Positions 49,290 to 60,805 of a stretch of 64,000 bases of DNA are shown in pieces. Position 1 is the stretch's first letter; every line of letters begins with the position of its first letter. The notes under the pieces were generated by a model. It made no database searches. It was not told the DNA's origin and saw only the letters and a program-made list of their open reading frames with translations. The translations under genes were made by a program, and so were the position numbers. Origin of the DNA: Vicugna vicugna (taxonomy: Eukaryota); assembly GCA_013265495.1 (NCBI GenBank), contig MU058198.1:5037779-5101778 (forward strand), given 5' to 3'.

Positions 49290-49620
49290 CGGCTCTTTTT
49301 CTACCTCCGTGGCTGGAAAGGCTTCATAGATTTCCATCTTTCTTGGCAACTGGATAGGGGCCCCGTGGTATTTTTCTGGAGAAAAAGATGTAAACAGACA
49401 TTTGTGGAGGCATTTCCGGGACTGCTTTCGGTTTTTTGATAAAGAGGACACTTAGGACCGGTGCCGCCTCCTTCCCTCCCTCTTCCTATTTTGAATGTTG
49501 ATGGGAGGCCTGAAGCCGGGTAGCCAACTGACAAGGATACGCAACAAAGACAAAAGCCAAGCGGCTGAGAATGATGGAAGGGAAATTAGAAAGCGGCTGG
49601 GTCTCTAAAAGACATGGTTT
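49290..49620 (+). mobile_element. MLT1I/J-like LTR fragment
   Basis: ctcttcctattttgaatgttgatgggaggcctgaagc...gctgagaatgatgg...gctgggtctct. Confidence 0.55.
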
Positions 49621-50409
49621 ATCGGCCGAGTATCTTTTTATCATTCTTAGGATATGAATTCTTGACCTTTGGAATCAGAGAAGAGGCTTCAGTTCCCAGA
49701 CTTGGCACACAATGCAATTTGTAATATGAGCATCTTTACTTTCTAATATTATCTCCTGCACGCTGCCCATCAACCATCACGTTCCCCGTGTATTTTATGC
49801 CAGCGTCCTGACTCTGAGCTTCCAGCAAGACTTCTGAGCCTCTGCGTTCACTTTAGGGGCATGCCTATTGTTTTTTCTTCGTCTAACTCTCACTTTAAGA
49901 CTCAAAAAGAGTTTCACTAAGTCCAAGAAACTTCCAGGTTGTCCTTCCCCACCCCCTCCAACTCTCTCCCTCACATTAGGGGCTGGCAGACCTCTGGGGT
50001 GACTGCCTGGCACCTGTTCACATCTTCCCCAAGGCTTAGAATACTCTATTTCAATCATTAACATGCTGACTCCCCTGCTAATAGATAGTAATGTCCTTGA
50101 GGACAGGGACAGCGTTGAGCTGCCAGCACTCAATCAATAATAGATCACTAATAGATCCTCAGCAGAGGTTTGCTAAAGAAATGAATGACTAACTGAATAT
50201 TTTCTTTTGGAATTTGTTATTACCACTTATGAATCTAACTGGATACCTGCGTGCCTCATCCCGGGATGTGCAGTTTTATGCAAATATTCTGCAGACCTTT
50301 GGAAACATGGCAGTAAACGGGGCTGAAGTGTTCAGGAAACAACATAGCGTGAGCCTCAGATAACTTTTCTCAACTGGTTAGGATATAAATATGGTTGCAG
50401 TTCATTTTC

Positions 50410-50680
50410 TTAAATACATTGCCCAGTACATTCCCAAAGGGCATCCCCATGCTGTTTCACACACCCCAGTGATTCATCCATGCCAGCTTGGTTTTCCACT
50501 ACTAAAAGGAATTTACTGTCTTCTGCATTGTTGCACATTTCTTTTGAAGTAATTCTCAGTATCTTAAACTTGGCTAGCCCCAACACTCCTCTGTGGGATG
50601 TCCACAATGCTTAGCTATTGTCATCTAGACATTTAATAGTTTATCCCAGCCTTGATTTCTAAGTATAATTCATTTCTCCA
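50410..50680 (-). mobile_element. CR1-clade (L3/Plat_L3-like) reverse-transcriptase remnant
   Basis: ORF 50410..50607 HRGVLGLAKFKI...NAEDSKFLLVVENQAGMDESL aligns by eye to PQGSVLGPxLFNI...FADDTKLFxVV...D..LQ. Confidence 0.5.
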
Positions 50681-51429
50681 TCAGTGACAAAGAATATCTC
50701 TTTCAACCCACACGGCTAGTCCCAGACCAGTTGTGTTGGAGGCTTCAGCTTGAGCTCGCACACTTTGTGAAAGTACAGAAGCATTCGCAGGTACAGACCA
50801 AGGGCAGGGACCAGAGAGAGGCATGCGTGCTTTGGATTTGGTAAGGAAGGAGACGGGGATCCCAGGAATCCAGTAAGAACACAATACTTGGGGTTACGTG
50901 GTTAAAACACTGACCTGAAGTGGCATTGACCGCCACTGAAAGATCACATTTGAATAGGCGAAAGGGTTGGCATCAGTTAAGGTCCTGGATTGGGGAGGGA
51001 CATCGTAGGCTCGCCCACCCTGTGGGAATGGCTGCAGTCAAGGCAGTGGGTTTGGAAGAAGCTACCCCACCATTTGCACATGGGAGGGAATTAGGGGTTC
51101 GCAGCCAGGGAAACACTGTGCGAAAAACATGGCTTTTGGAGCCAGATCCATTGTTGGTTTTTCTACTCGCTAAGTGGGTACAAAACTTCACATCTCCAAG
51201 CAAAGTTTCCTCATCTCTGAATTGGGCATAATGAGATGTTCCATGTAGGATGCTGTGAGGATTAAATGAGGTTATAAGAAACTATGTCAGTCTGTACCAG
51301 CTCTTGTTATTGGAATATGCAGATGGCAGGAGGCAGGTGTAGCCACTACTTTTCTACGTTCATAGAATTGGAACCCTGCTTTCTTTAGAAATTATTCAGA
51401 ATAGTTGAGAGTTCTTACACATTTCATTC

Positions 51430-52335
51430 CAGCCACGCTGGCCATTTTGTGGTTCTCTGAACCACCCCCATCTCCCCTCCCCAGCACCACCACTAAGTAC
51501 ATTTGCCTCAAGGCCTCTGTGTTACTATTCCCTCTCCTGGGGATACTCTCTCCCCAGTATTGCAGCTAGCTCTTGCTGCGTAACAAACCACCTGAAACTT
51601 AATGCCTCACAACAGCTCTGATTTATATTTTCTCCCATTTCTGTAGAGTGGCACCTGAGTGGCTCTTCTGCTCCTCTCACCTGGGATCATCCACGCAGCT
51701 ATAATCCTCTGATGGTCCACGGTGGCTTCACTGACTTGTCCAGCCATTGTGCTGGCTTTTTGTTGGGCTACCTCGGCCTCCAGGAGACTAGACTGGGCCT
51801 CTCTCCATCATGGTGGTCGCAGGGTTCCAAGAGGGTGAAGGAAGGCAGGGCTGCAAGCATGGCTTGCTTTGAGCAATGGCAAGCCCAGATTCAAGGAGGC
51901 AGGGAAACAGACATCACCTCTTGATGGGAGGAGCCACAACACGGATGTTGCCAAAGGGTATGGTCACAGTGAGACCTGATTAATCGGGGGCCATGATGAT
52001 AACTACCTACGGCATCTGGTTATCTGCAGGGCTCTCTGCACATTTCACCCAGCCTTTGCAGCAGCTGACCACCTGTATCCAACTGGCTGCACTGCCGCCA
52101 TGTCCCGCCCACCACGGCTACTCCAGCCTTTTTTCTGCTGTACTTACTTTCTGAGCACTTACTGCCACCTGACACGGCACACATTTGTTTGTGTCTGTCT
52201 CCCTCGTGGAAATAGCAATTCCAGGAAAGCAGGGCCTTCATCAGGTTTGTTCTCTGCTGTGTACTGAGCACCCAGGCCAGGGCCCGGCACGTAGCAGGGA
52301 CTCAATGAATATTGGCTGCATGCATGAATTGAGTT
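51430..52335 (+). mobile_element. L2, interrupted by MLT1
   Basis: ttgcctcaaggcctctg...ttccctctcctggggatactct before; ggcacgtagcagggactcaatgaatattgg end. Confidence 0.75.
51560..52010 (-). mobile_element. MLT1F/G/H-like solo LTR
   Basis: ttgctgcgtaacaaaccacctgaaacttaatg...gcccagattcaagg...cacctcttgatgggaggag. Confidence 0.85.
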
Positions 52336-53489
52336 CATTCGCTTGACATTCGTGTGGATGTGATTGAAGGAATGTTTATCCCAAGCATGTTGAATAACCC
52401 GCAATGATGAGCAGTGTTTGTGTCATTTGGAGGAGGGGACAGGAATAACAAATGACCACGTTTCCCTTGCAAACCTTGTTTGGGCTTCAATTTTTTTTTT
52501 TTTAACAGACCCATGCACATGGCCCAAATCCTAGAAATGTGTGTTTACTCGTTGGCAGAAGCCGGGTTTTGTGCGTCTTATTAGAAAGGATTGGCTGTTC
52601 TGGCTTAGCAGTGTGCGAAAGGATTGGGCTTTGGAGGGATTAAAATTATTTTCAGCCTTAAATGCGATCTATTTGAGCCGATGCATCTAGTCTTGAATAT
52701 AGATTCCCAGACCAAAAAGATTATGAGACATTAAATCTATGTAAATTCAACTATTAATTTCTGTTTGAACAAATTCAACAAGAGATTTGACTCGGGGGCT
52801 GACAGGCAAATAGATTTGGTCGGGAAACATGCGTATTGCTGTCTTTAACCACTATGCTGTATTCCCCTTGAAAATTCCACAGCTGAGCGCATCTCTAACA
52901 GGTCACAGTTGAGAGCCCAAGCAATTATGCTAGAATGTGTTAATGATAAAACAGGGAAATGACACTATGTTTGTCTTGTATAAGGATGAACGCAGCTGCT
53001 GGTACCCAATTCAGAAAAACGATAGTGAAACAGGCGGCTCTGTTGCCTGTGGTGCCCGGCAAGGATGCAAGGAAGGGGCTCTTTCCGGGAAGGTCCCAGC
53101 CCCGACATCTTCTCAGGCCCCTCTGTGGGTGACCAGGACTGTGGGTGCAACCGTCCACATGTCACTCAGTGGCGGTGGCGGCAGCTGGAGTTTACAAAGG
53201 CTGCCTTGAGCAGGTGCCTGGGAAGCCGGAGACAACATAAACAAGTTACCTCCACATGATCAACGGCAGCTGGGGCTGAAGGAAGAAGCAGGGTAATCTG
53301 GACTTCTAGGAGCCACGGGGGACTTTGGGCAGCATGCAAATGTACAAACTTAACAAATGTATCCTTTGAAAGATGAAGAGCTCTTTTGAAGCTGGTGGTC
53401 CAGGAGAACCAGTCCAGCCTGGACTCCTGGATTCACAGAAATGCTGGCAGAGCTGAAAACCTCATCACATCCCTGGGTCTGATATTAAT

Positions 53490-53737
53490 AACAGTAATTG
53501 TGATCATGAGAACCGCAAATAGCTTTGTAGCTCTTACTGCTTGTCAGTTACTTTATACGCGTGATGCCATTTAAACATCACAGTATCTTAGCATTATGAG
53601 GTGAGCTGTATCACTATGCCCATTAGACAGATGAGGAAACTGAAGCTCAGAGAGGTTCTGTAATTGCCCAGAGTCCTCAGTAGCAGAGCTGGGATTTGAA
53701 CACAGTCTTATCTGTCTGATTCCAGAACCTCCACTGT
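53490..53737 (-). mobile_element. MIR
   Basis: acagatgaggaaactgaagctcagagaggtt...gcagagctgggatttgaac. Confidence 0.9.
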
Positions 53738-54459
53738 GATACGGAAAACAATTTCTATTCAGGTGGAGGGAGGGAGCTTCCTCTCGGGGTCCCGCATAGC
53801 AAGCTGTGCCTCCCACCTCTGTTCTGGACTCTTTTGGACAAAAGTCCTAAGGGCTTTAGCACACACAGAACTGGCTTCTTGGAGGAAGACAATGAGAATG
53901 ACAACAGTGATGGATCTTCCATTTGTTGAACACTGGGAGTTAGGCATCTTTGGGGCAGTGGACAGTCATCCATTACCTCATTTCATCTTCATAGAATAAC
54001 TATGCCAAAAAATAGGTCCATTTGATAGTCTGGTTTTAAAGATGAGGACACCAAGCCCCAGAGAGTGCAAATACCTTGTGAGAAATTAGCAGAAGGGAAA
54101 TTTGAACTCACCTACCCAACAGCCTAACTACCGTGCGACCCCAGAGATGCCCCTCATCTCTGACTGTACCACTCCCTGGAGAGCATCACCCATCATGGAT
54201 GGCCAAGGCTGGATTCAAGAAGTCAGGGCAGAAGAGCTCTTTCCTTCCTTTGTTTTTCTCTCACCAACCAACACTTTCTAGAATCCCGTTTTTGTCTGCT
54301 TTTCTGCTAGGAATTGGAACACAGAAAAAAAAAAAGATTATTCTCTGCTGTCAAGTATTGATCGATCTTTCACTCCATGTCCACTTGTGGAAGGAATGAA
54401 TGAATACCTAATAGAAGCCCAAGGAGACACAGAGCAGATAGCTAGAATTTCTGGGAATT

Positions 54460-54905
54460 GACTTAAGTTGGTTTCCTCTGAAAGCAGCCCTGAGACAGTG
54501 ATGGGATTACAAGTGGTTCGTTTAGGTAGTCATCCGAGGAAACACTAAGAGAGGGGTGGAAGGGCGGCAGAGAAGGGAAGAAAGCAAATAGCAAATCCAC
54601 TATCAGGCAGGGTCCCAGTGTGGGCAGTGGAAGCACAGTCCCACAGGGAAACGCTGGGAGGCGCTGTGAAGAACATCCAAGGGATGGGGGAGCTGGGGTA
54701 TTTATACACCAGTACCCATCAGACACTGGTTGATGGCTGCTCCTGGGGGTCTTCATCCTAAGCCACTTCCAGTCTGTCTCCTGCAGGGCCGAATGGGTCC
54801 CAGCAGCCAGAGAAAGACCTCAAGCAGAGTCACAATCTTTCTGGTTGACATTCATGGAAACAACGAGATGAGAGGATACGAGTGGGCACCCCCAGCACCT
54901 CCTGT
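54460..54905 (-). mobile_element. LTR16-like (ERVL) solo LTR
   Basis: aagcagccctgagac...agagaagggaagaaagc...gagctggggtatttatacacca. Confidence 0.75.
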
Positions 54906-54919
54906 AGCCTTGATAATCC

Positions 54920-55075
54920 AAGGGTGTCCGTGGACCGACACCTAGTAACATCCACCTAAGAGCTTATCGGAAATGTACAATCTCAGGCACCACCCCCGCC
55001 CTATTAAATAAAGATCTCATTTAAAAATATCCCTAGGTAATAAATATACACATCAAAGTTTGAGAAGCACCGGGC
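54920..55075. mobile_element. MER5A1-like element
   Basis: aatctcaggcaccacccc...cacatcaaagtttgagaagcac. Confidence 0.75.
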
Positions 55076-55701
55076 TATAGGATTTTTTTCCAAATATAAT
55101 CATTCATTCAATAGACATTGATTGAGAATCTCAGAGGTGCCAGGCACTCCACGAGGTGCAGAGGAGTCAGGGATGGGTAAGTCCCAGACGGAGCCCTTGA
55201 GAAGTTCATGAGGCATTTCAAATACAGTACAACAGGTCTGCTGATTAAGTAAGTGAACAGTGTCCTGGGCGGTCCACTCTGGGCCATACACCCTCCCCAG
55301 CTTCCAGGAGAGGAGAAGTCCAAGCTGCATCCTTAAGGACCAGGAGGACTTACCCCAGGTGCAGAAATCAGAAGAATGTCTGAGGGAGAGCAGACAGCTT
55401 GTACCGAGAGTTGGAGGCCAGCAAGAGGACACCAAGCCATTGAGGAACTGCCAGTAGAGACAGACACCGTTGAACTCAGGGGATGTATTCTTGACGTGGG
55501 AGGGAGGTGGAAATGAATGGAGCCTTTATGGAGGTGTTCTGGGCATCCTGTTCTGTCAGTCACTTCCGTATTCCCTTAAAACTCTCTAAGCTTCGTTTGA
55601 CGTGGCTGCTGTTCTTCATCTGATCATGCTTCCCAGGCTGCAGGAACATTCACGCTGTCTTCCATCAGTCCTCAAGCGCTGATCTTTGCCCTTTGTTTTT
55701 T

Positions 55702-55768
55702 GCATTGAGATTATCATGCAGTTTTTATTCCTTCATTTGTTAACGTGATATATTACATTGATTTTTTT
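55702..55768 (-). mobile_element. Short L1 ORF2 (RT-domain) fragment attached to a SINE tail
   Basis: minus strand reads INVIYHVNK*RNKNCMIIS, matching L1 INVIHHIN.xK.KNHMIIS. Confidence 0.75.
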
Positions 55769-55910
55769 AAAATCTTTTTTGGGGGTGGAAGGTAATTAGG
55801 TTTATTTATTAATTATTATTATTTTTTTTAATGGAGGTACTGGGGATTGAACCAAGGACCTTGTGCGTGCTAAGCATGCGCTCTGCCACTGAGCTATCCC
55901 TGACTCCCTA
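55769..55910 (-). mobile_element. Camelid tRNA-Ala-derived SINE (Vic-1 type)
   Basis: minus strand tagctcagtggcagagcgcatgcttagcacgcacaaggtccttggttcaatccccagtacctccatt; same family as 16003-16133. Confidence 0.9.
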
Positions 55911-56009
55911 CCCTCTGTTTTTTAAATCATTTACTTAAAGATGCCTTAACTTTTTCCTTCTCTCCCTGAGCTCTTGTCCAACCTCTAGGGTCATTTTTGA
56001 CATTTTGGC

Positions 56010-56645
56010 CAAGGGAACACGTGGGAGGATCAGACAGACTGGGTTTTGAACCCAGACCCCATTCTCACTCGTGGTGTGAACTTGTGCAAGTTACCTAACC
56101 TCTCTGTACTGTAGTTTCATCATTTGTAAATAATGCATTGGTAGACATGACGAATGCACAGCCACTATTTCCTGTTCTTCCTCCTGACACCCTCCAAGTG
56201 CCCTTGAAGTTAGGCGTGATCACGTGCCTTGTTTGGACCAGTGCGAAACAGCACATGCCACTTCTGCACAGAGGACTTGAAGAGGTGAACGCGGTTCTCC
56301 ATCCGCTCCTTTCTTGCAGCAACCAACCTGGACCTTCATGTTAAAATAGTAGCTTCGTTCGATCATGGGGTGTCTGTCACCCCGGGGTCCTATGTGCCGA
56401 CTTCACAGAGCAAACTGCCCCCATCCCTTCACTTGTAGCCAGTTGTACTGTGCATGTTATATGAACAACAAATAAACCTGGGTTATTTTAAGACACTGAG
56501 ATGGGGGTTGGTTGTTGCTATGGCATAACTTCACCTGTTCTAACACAGGCATCCGCCGTAGGGGATTATTATAAAGGCTGGATGTGGAAAGCCTTTATAC
56601 AGTGCCTGGCACAAAGAAAATGCTCAAGAAATAGAAGCCATTATT
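56010..56645 (+). mobile_element. MIR, split by an MLT1 LTR
   Basis: gcaagttacctaacctctctg...catttgtaaa before 56138; acagtgcctggcacaaagaaaatgctcaagaaat after 56550. Confidence 0.8.
56139..56547 (+). mobile_element. MLT1 (H/I/J-like) solo LTR nested in MIR
   Basis: TG...CA termini; aaataaacc...ttaagacactgagat...; TSD tgcat / ggcat. Confidence 0.75.
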
Positions 56646-57019
56646 AATGATATTCAAGGCCAAGGTGAAATGTCATCGATTCAAGGATGCTCTCCCTCAC
56701 CTGCTTCTGTTCGCTTGTCTGACATAGTTACAGCTGCTCCTCCTTTGCCCTCTGACAGCACATCCTCTGTACCTCTGCAACACGTGGAATTATCGCAGTG
56801 TATTTCTTAGTCTCTCTCTCACGCCAGCTCTTAGAGTCTCCAACCCTCTAACGATGCTGTAATTTCTTTCATTTCTTCCCCAGCTGTAAGCACAGTGCAT
56901 GGCACTAGAGTGAGTGTATTCAAATGAGGGAACTACATTAATTTGAATATTTCTGTAGCTGTTGCAGCTAATCTGAGCATCATAGATTTTGCCCTCCTTC
57001 CAACGTTTATTTTCTTCTG

Positions 57020-57690
57020 CTCATTAATTCCATCAAATCTGTCTTAAGCACTTCAAAATTCCAGTGCTATCCAGACCAGGAGTTGGCAAGCTTTTTCTGG
57101 AAAAGGGCTGGGTAGTAAATATTTTAGACTTTGCAGAGCATAAGGTCTCTGCCACCCTTCTCAGCTCTGCTTTTGTGAAGTGGAACTGGCCATAGATGAT
57201 ACTTAAGTGGATGGATCTTGCTTTGTTCCAATAAAACTATTTACGAAAGCAAGCGAGGGACTAGATTTAGCCTGTGGCCAGTGCTTCGTGAATCTCTGGA
57301 TCTAGACAGACAGGGGCTTACGTTCTTATATTCTAGAGCAGAGAAGATAAAAAAATAAACCAGTAGCGAGTTAAATAAAGTCAATAATTTCACATGTGAC
57401 AAAGTGCCCTGGATAAGAAAAAACAATCACTTCATGGTTGCTGGGGGGAGGAGGCTAGAGAGCTAACTTTATTTGGACTGTGAAATCAGGATGGCCTTTT
57501 TGAGGGAGATAACATATGAAATGAGCTTGAAGCAGTGAGATCTGGGGAGGAGAGAATCGCGAGGAAATACAGAATCACAGAGGAATGACGAGTGCAAAGG
57601 TCCTGTGGCAGGAATGGGCATAGTATGTTGAGGACTAGCAAAAGGACCAGTACCTCCTGGTGAGATGGCTTCCCTGCCAAATTTGGACTT
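57020..57690 (-). mobile_element. L2, interrupted by MER58A
   Basis: tcaggatggcctttttgaggga...agtgcaaaggtcctgtggcaggaatgggc. Confidence 0.75.
57077..57299 (+). mobile_element. MER58A full length
   Basis: caggagttggcaagctttttctg...gtagtaaatattttagactttgc...gttccaataaaact; 8-bp TSD atccagac / atctagac. Confidence 0.9.
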
Positions 57691-59197
57691 TGCCCGGATG
57701 GTCTAATTTCCCTTGGCTTAGCTTTATTCCTCTGTTCCTGGCTGGGTCCCCATGAGCTAGCTTCTATAACATCTGTCCCTTCTGAGCATTTCCTTTCTTC
57801 AGATGTCAGTGAGTCATTTTTACACTTCGCCTTCAGCCCTGCTTATCCAAACTAAACAGACTTAATTTTTTTAATCCCTCCCTGTTATTTCAGTGCCTCC
57901 AGCCGGGGGCTATCTATAGAGATTTTTAGGAAATTTGTCTTTCTCAAGCCACCAGAGCCCTTCAGAAATAGCCTCTCTGCCAGAACTCACTTTCCCTGGT
58001 CCTCCTTCCTTTTGTTCTTCTTTCTGAAGTCAAGTCTCAAACCTCACACCCCAGCAAAAGTCCCATTTCTTTTTCCCGCAAGGTTATGGGCGTTGAAATA
58101 TGAAATACTTCCAGGTCTGAGCAGTGATCATGCTGCCAACACTTTGTGGTCTCCTAAGATCCTGCTTTTGCCAAGCAAAGGTTGATTGGAGTTTGCTGTA
58201 CTTCCCTCTGTTCTTTATAAAGCCCTTGAGTCCTGGCTGCTAACGCCTCGGTGATGCTCCCTGCAGACCCTGCATCTGAACGCAGCTCTCCTCCTTTCAG
58301 TGACTCGTCCAGTGGGACACAGCTCCTCGCCTTCCTGATACGACTCTTGGATGGAAAGTCGTGTCTCTACTGGCTTCTCTCTCATCCAACATCCTGGAGA
58401 CTTTCTGGAGACAGTTCAGAGGGGTGAAACGAGGCTAGGCTTTAGATCCGAAAAAAGTTAGATCAAGTCCTGACTCCTCCCTAGCAGTTCTGTAATTTGG
58501 GGCAAGTTAGTTCTCCCCTTTCTGGAAACCTCAGTGCTCTGATCTCTAACATGGGGACCATATCAATAAATACCCATCTCATAGGGTTGCATGAAGCCTA
58601 AGTAACATTCACTGATTCATTCAACAAATACTTATTGTGGGTGTAGGACATACCGGGCCCTGTGTAGGAATCCAGAGACTCAAGAGTGTTATAAATTATT
58701 GGTGACAATACGGGCAGAGCCACTGCCTTTATGAGGCTTACACTCTGGGCAGAAATAATGATAATATCCTGCCACTTCTTGGCTGTTGTTTTAACCATAC
58801 CTTGTGCTAGCCCGTCAATGATCTCAATCAGTCCTTATGAAATATGTATATATCAGTCCTAAATTTAGACATCAGACAACGGATGAAATTTGAAAAATAT
58901 GGAAAAATAAAAAACCTTATGGCACTTGCCCAAGGTCAGCAGATAATAGGAACCCAGCTAGGATCTGAGTCTTCGGTGAATCAATTTGCCTCTAAAACCA
59001 GTGCCCTTCACCAGTAAGATACACGTTCAATGAGCGTAGAAAGAATGGTGGAATTCCTGGGTGCTGTAACTGATGACTTCGTGCAGGTGAGGAAGATAGT
59101 TTATTTTGCTTAAAACCTTGGAAGACATAGTTTGAATATTCAGCACTGTTTTTGTTTTAGTTGGTCTTGTTTTTTCAGGGTAGGGGCAGAATCTTTT

Positions 59198-59369
59198 TTT
59201 TTTTCAATTCTTATATTGAAGCCTAGTTGATTTACAATGTTAGTGGCAGGTGTACAGCAAAATGATTCAGTTATACATAGACATACATATATATTTTTTC
59301 TTTTCAGATTCTTTCCCTTGTATGTTATTATAAGAAATCGAATATAGTTTCCTGTGCTCTATGGTAGGT
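59198..59369 (-). mobile_element. 5'-truncated L1 3' end
   Basis: tagttgatttacaatgtt...aggtgtacagcaaaatgattcagttatac; 15-bp TSD ggggcagaatctttt / ggggcagagtctttt with TT/AAAA site. Confidence 0.9.
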
Positions 59370-59501
59370 GGGGCAGAGTCTTTTAAGTGATTCTTATAAT
59401 GATTGTTTAGAGTGTTTAATTCATGTTCCATATACTTTTTTTAAAAAAGAAATTCATGTATACCATATACTAAATAATCCCTAGGGCACCTTAGATCATA
59501 T

Positions 59502-59710
59502 TTTTTTAACATTTTTATTGAGTTATAGTCGTTTTACAATGTTGTGTCAAATTCCAGTGTAGAGCACAATTTTTCACTTATACATGAACATGCATATATT
59601 CATTGTCATATTGTTTTTTTCACTGTGAGCTACCACAAGATCTTGTATATATTTCCCTGTGCTATACAGTATAATCTTGTTTATCTATTCTACATTTTGA
59701 AATCCCAGTC
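59502..59710 (-). mobile_element. 5'-truncated young camelid L1 3' end
   Basis: reverse complement closely matches 62294-62520; TSD tagatcatat / tagattatat. Confidence 0.9.
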
Positions 59711-60469
59711 TAGATTATATATTATATATTAACCGTAAAGACATTTATTAAAATTCTACTGGGTATGGTGGAGGCGTCTAAAACCACATAAAGATTTTTC
59801 GTCTTACCCTCCAAAAAGCACACTTTATGGATCTATTTAAAGACAAATGTGTACTTTAATAGGGATTTGTAAAACAAGAAGAGGAGAGATGAATTCTGCT
59901 TGGAGGGATCCAGAAAATCTCAGGAAGGGGGTGATACTTGGCTTGGGTTTCAAAGAACATGTGGGAAGTTTCTAGCCACGGTCACAGCTATGATTGGTTG
60001 GACTCTTAGTTGACAGCTGTGACCTCCCTATTCTTCCCAACCTCAGGAGGTCCATTTTGCAGCAGAGAGAAGTAGATCTCACAGAGGGTTTACGTGTGAG
60101 TCGAGTTAGGAATAGGGACCCATCCGCCTCTCCTCTGTGGCCTCTGTCTCATCCATCTCCTCTCTCCTCTGTGTTTCTGCTTCCCCTCAGCTGAGACCTG
60201 GTCCTTTGAGCCAGCCTTACCTATGTTTAGTTATTGGAGGACCTGAACCCCGGCATTGACTGATGGAAACCTGAATGGCACGTCACAGCAGACAGGGAGT
60301 TAGGTGGAGTTGAAAGAGCAGCTGATTTAAAGTCAGGCCAGCGCAGATTCAAACCTCATCTTTGCCAATCACAAGCTTTGCCACCCCAGACACATCAGCT
60401 CATTGCTCTGGTCCCCAGTGGTCCCATCTGTCAAATGGGTTTCTAAAACGAACTGGTCTTGAGCATCAA

Positions 60470-60805
60470 ATGGAATTTATCTGGGATGTGCCTGGAATGC
60501 TGACTCTTCCAGTTTTCCCAGGGCCTGTTTCCTCACGTCACTCAGGGCCTCTGCTCAGGTGTCAGCTCCTCCTTTCTCTACTTGTGGTAACACCCTCCCT
60601 CTCTAGCCCCTTTGTTTGATTTTCCTTCACAGTCTTTTTAGTTACAAGACAATAGACCACTTGTTTATTTGCTTACGTTGTGTGACGAACCCACTAGACT
60701 GTCAGCACCACGAGGGTAAGAGATTGCGTCTGTTTTTCCAAGCACCTGGAACAGTGCCTGGCTCTTAGCAGGTAGACCAGAAGTACTTGCCGAATGAATG
60801 AAATG
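60470..60805 (+). mobile_element. L2 3' end
   Basis: ccactagactgtcagcacc...gcacctggaacagtgcctggc...gaatgaatgaa. Confidence 0.8.
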
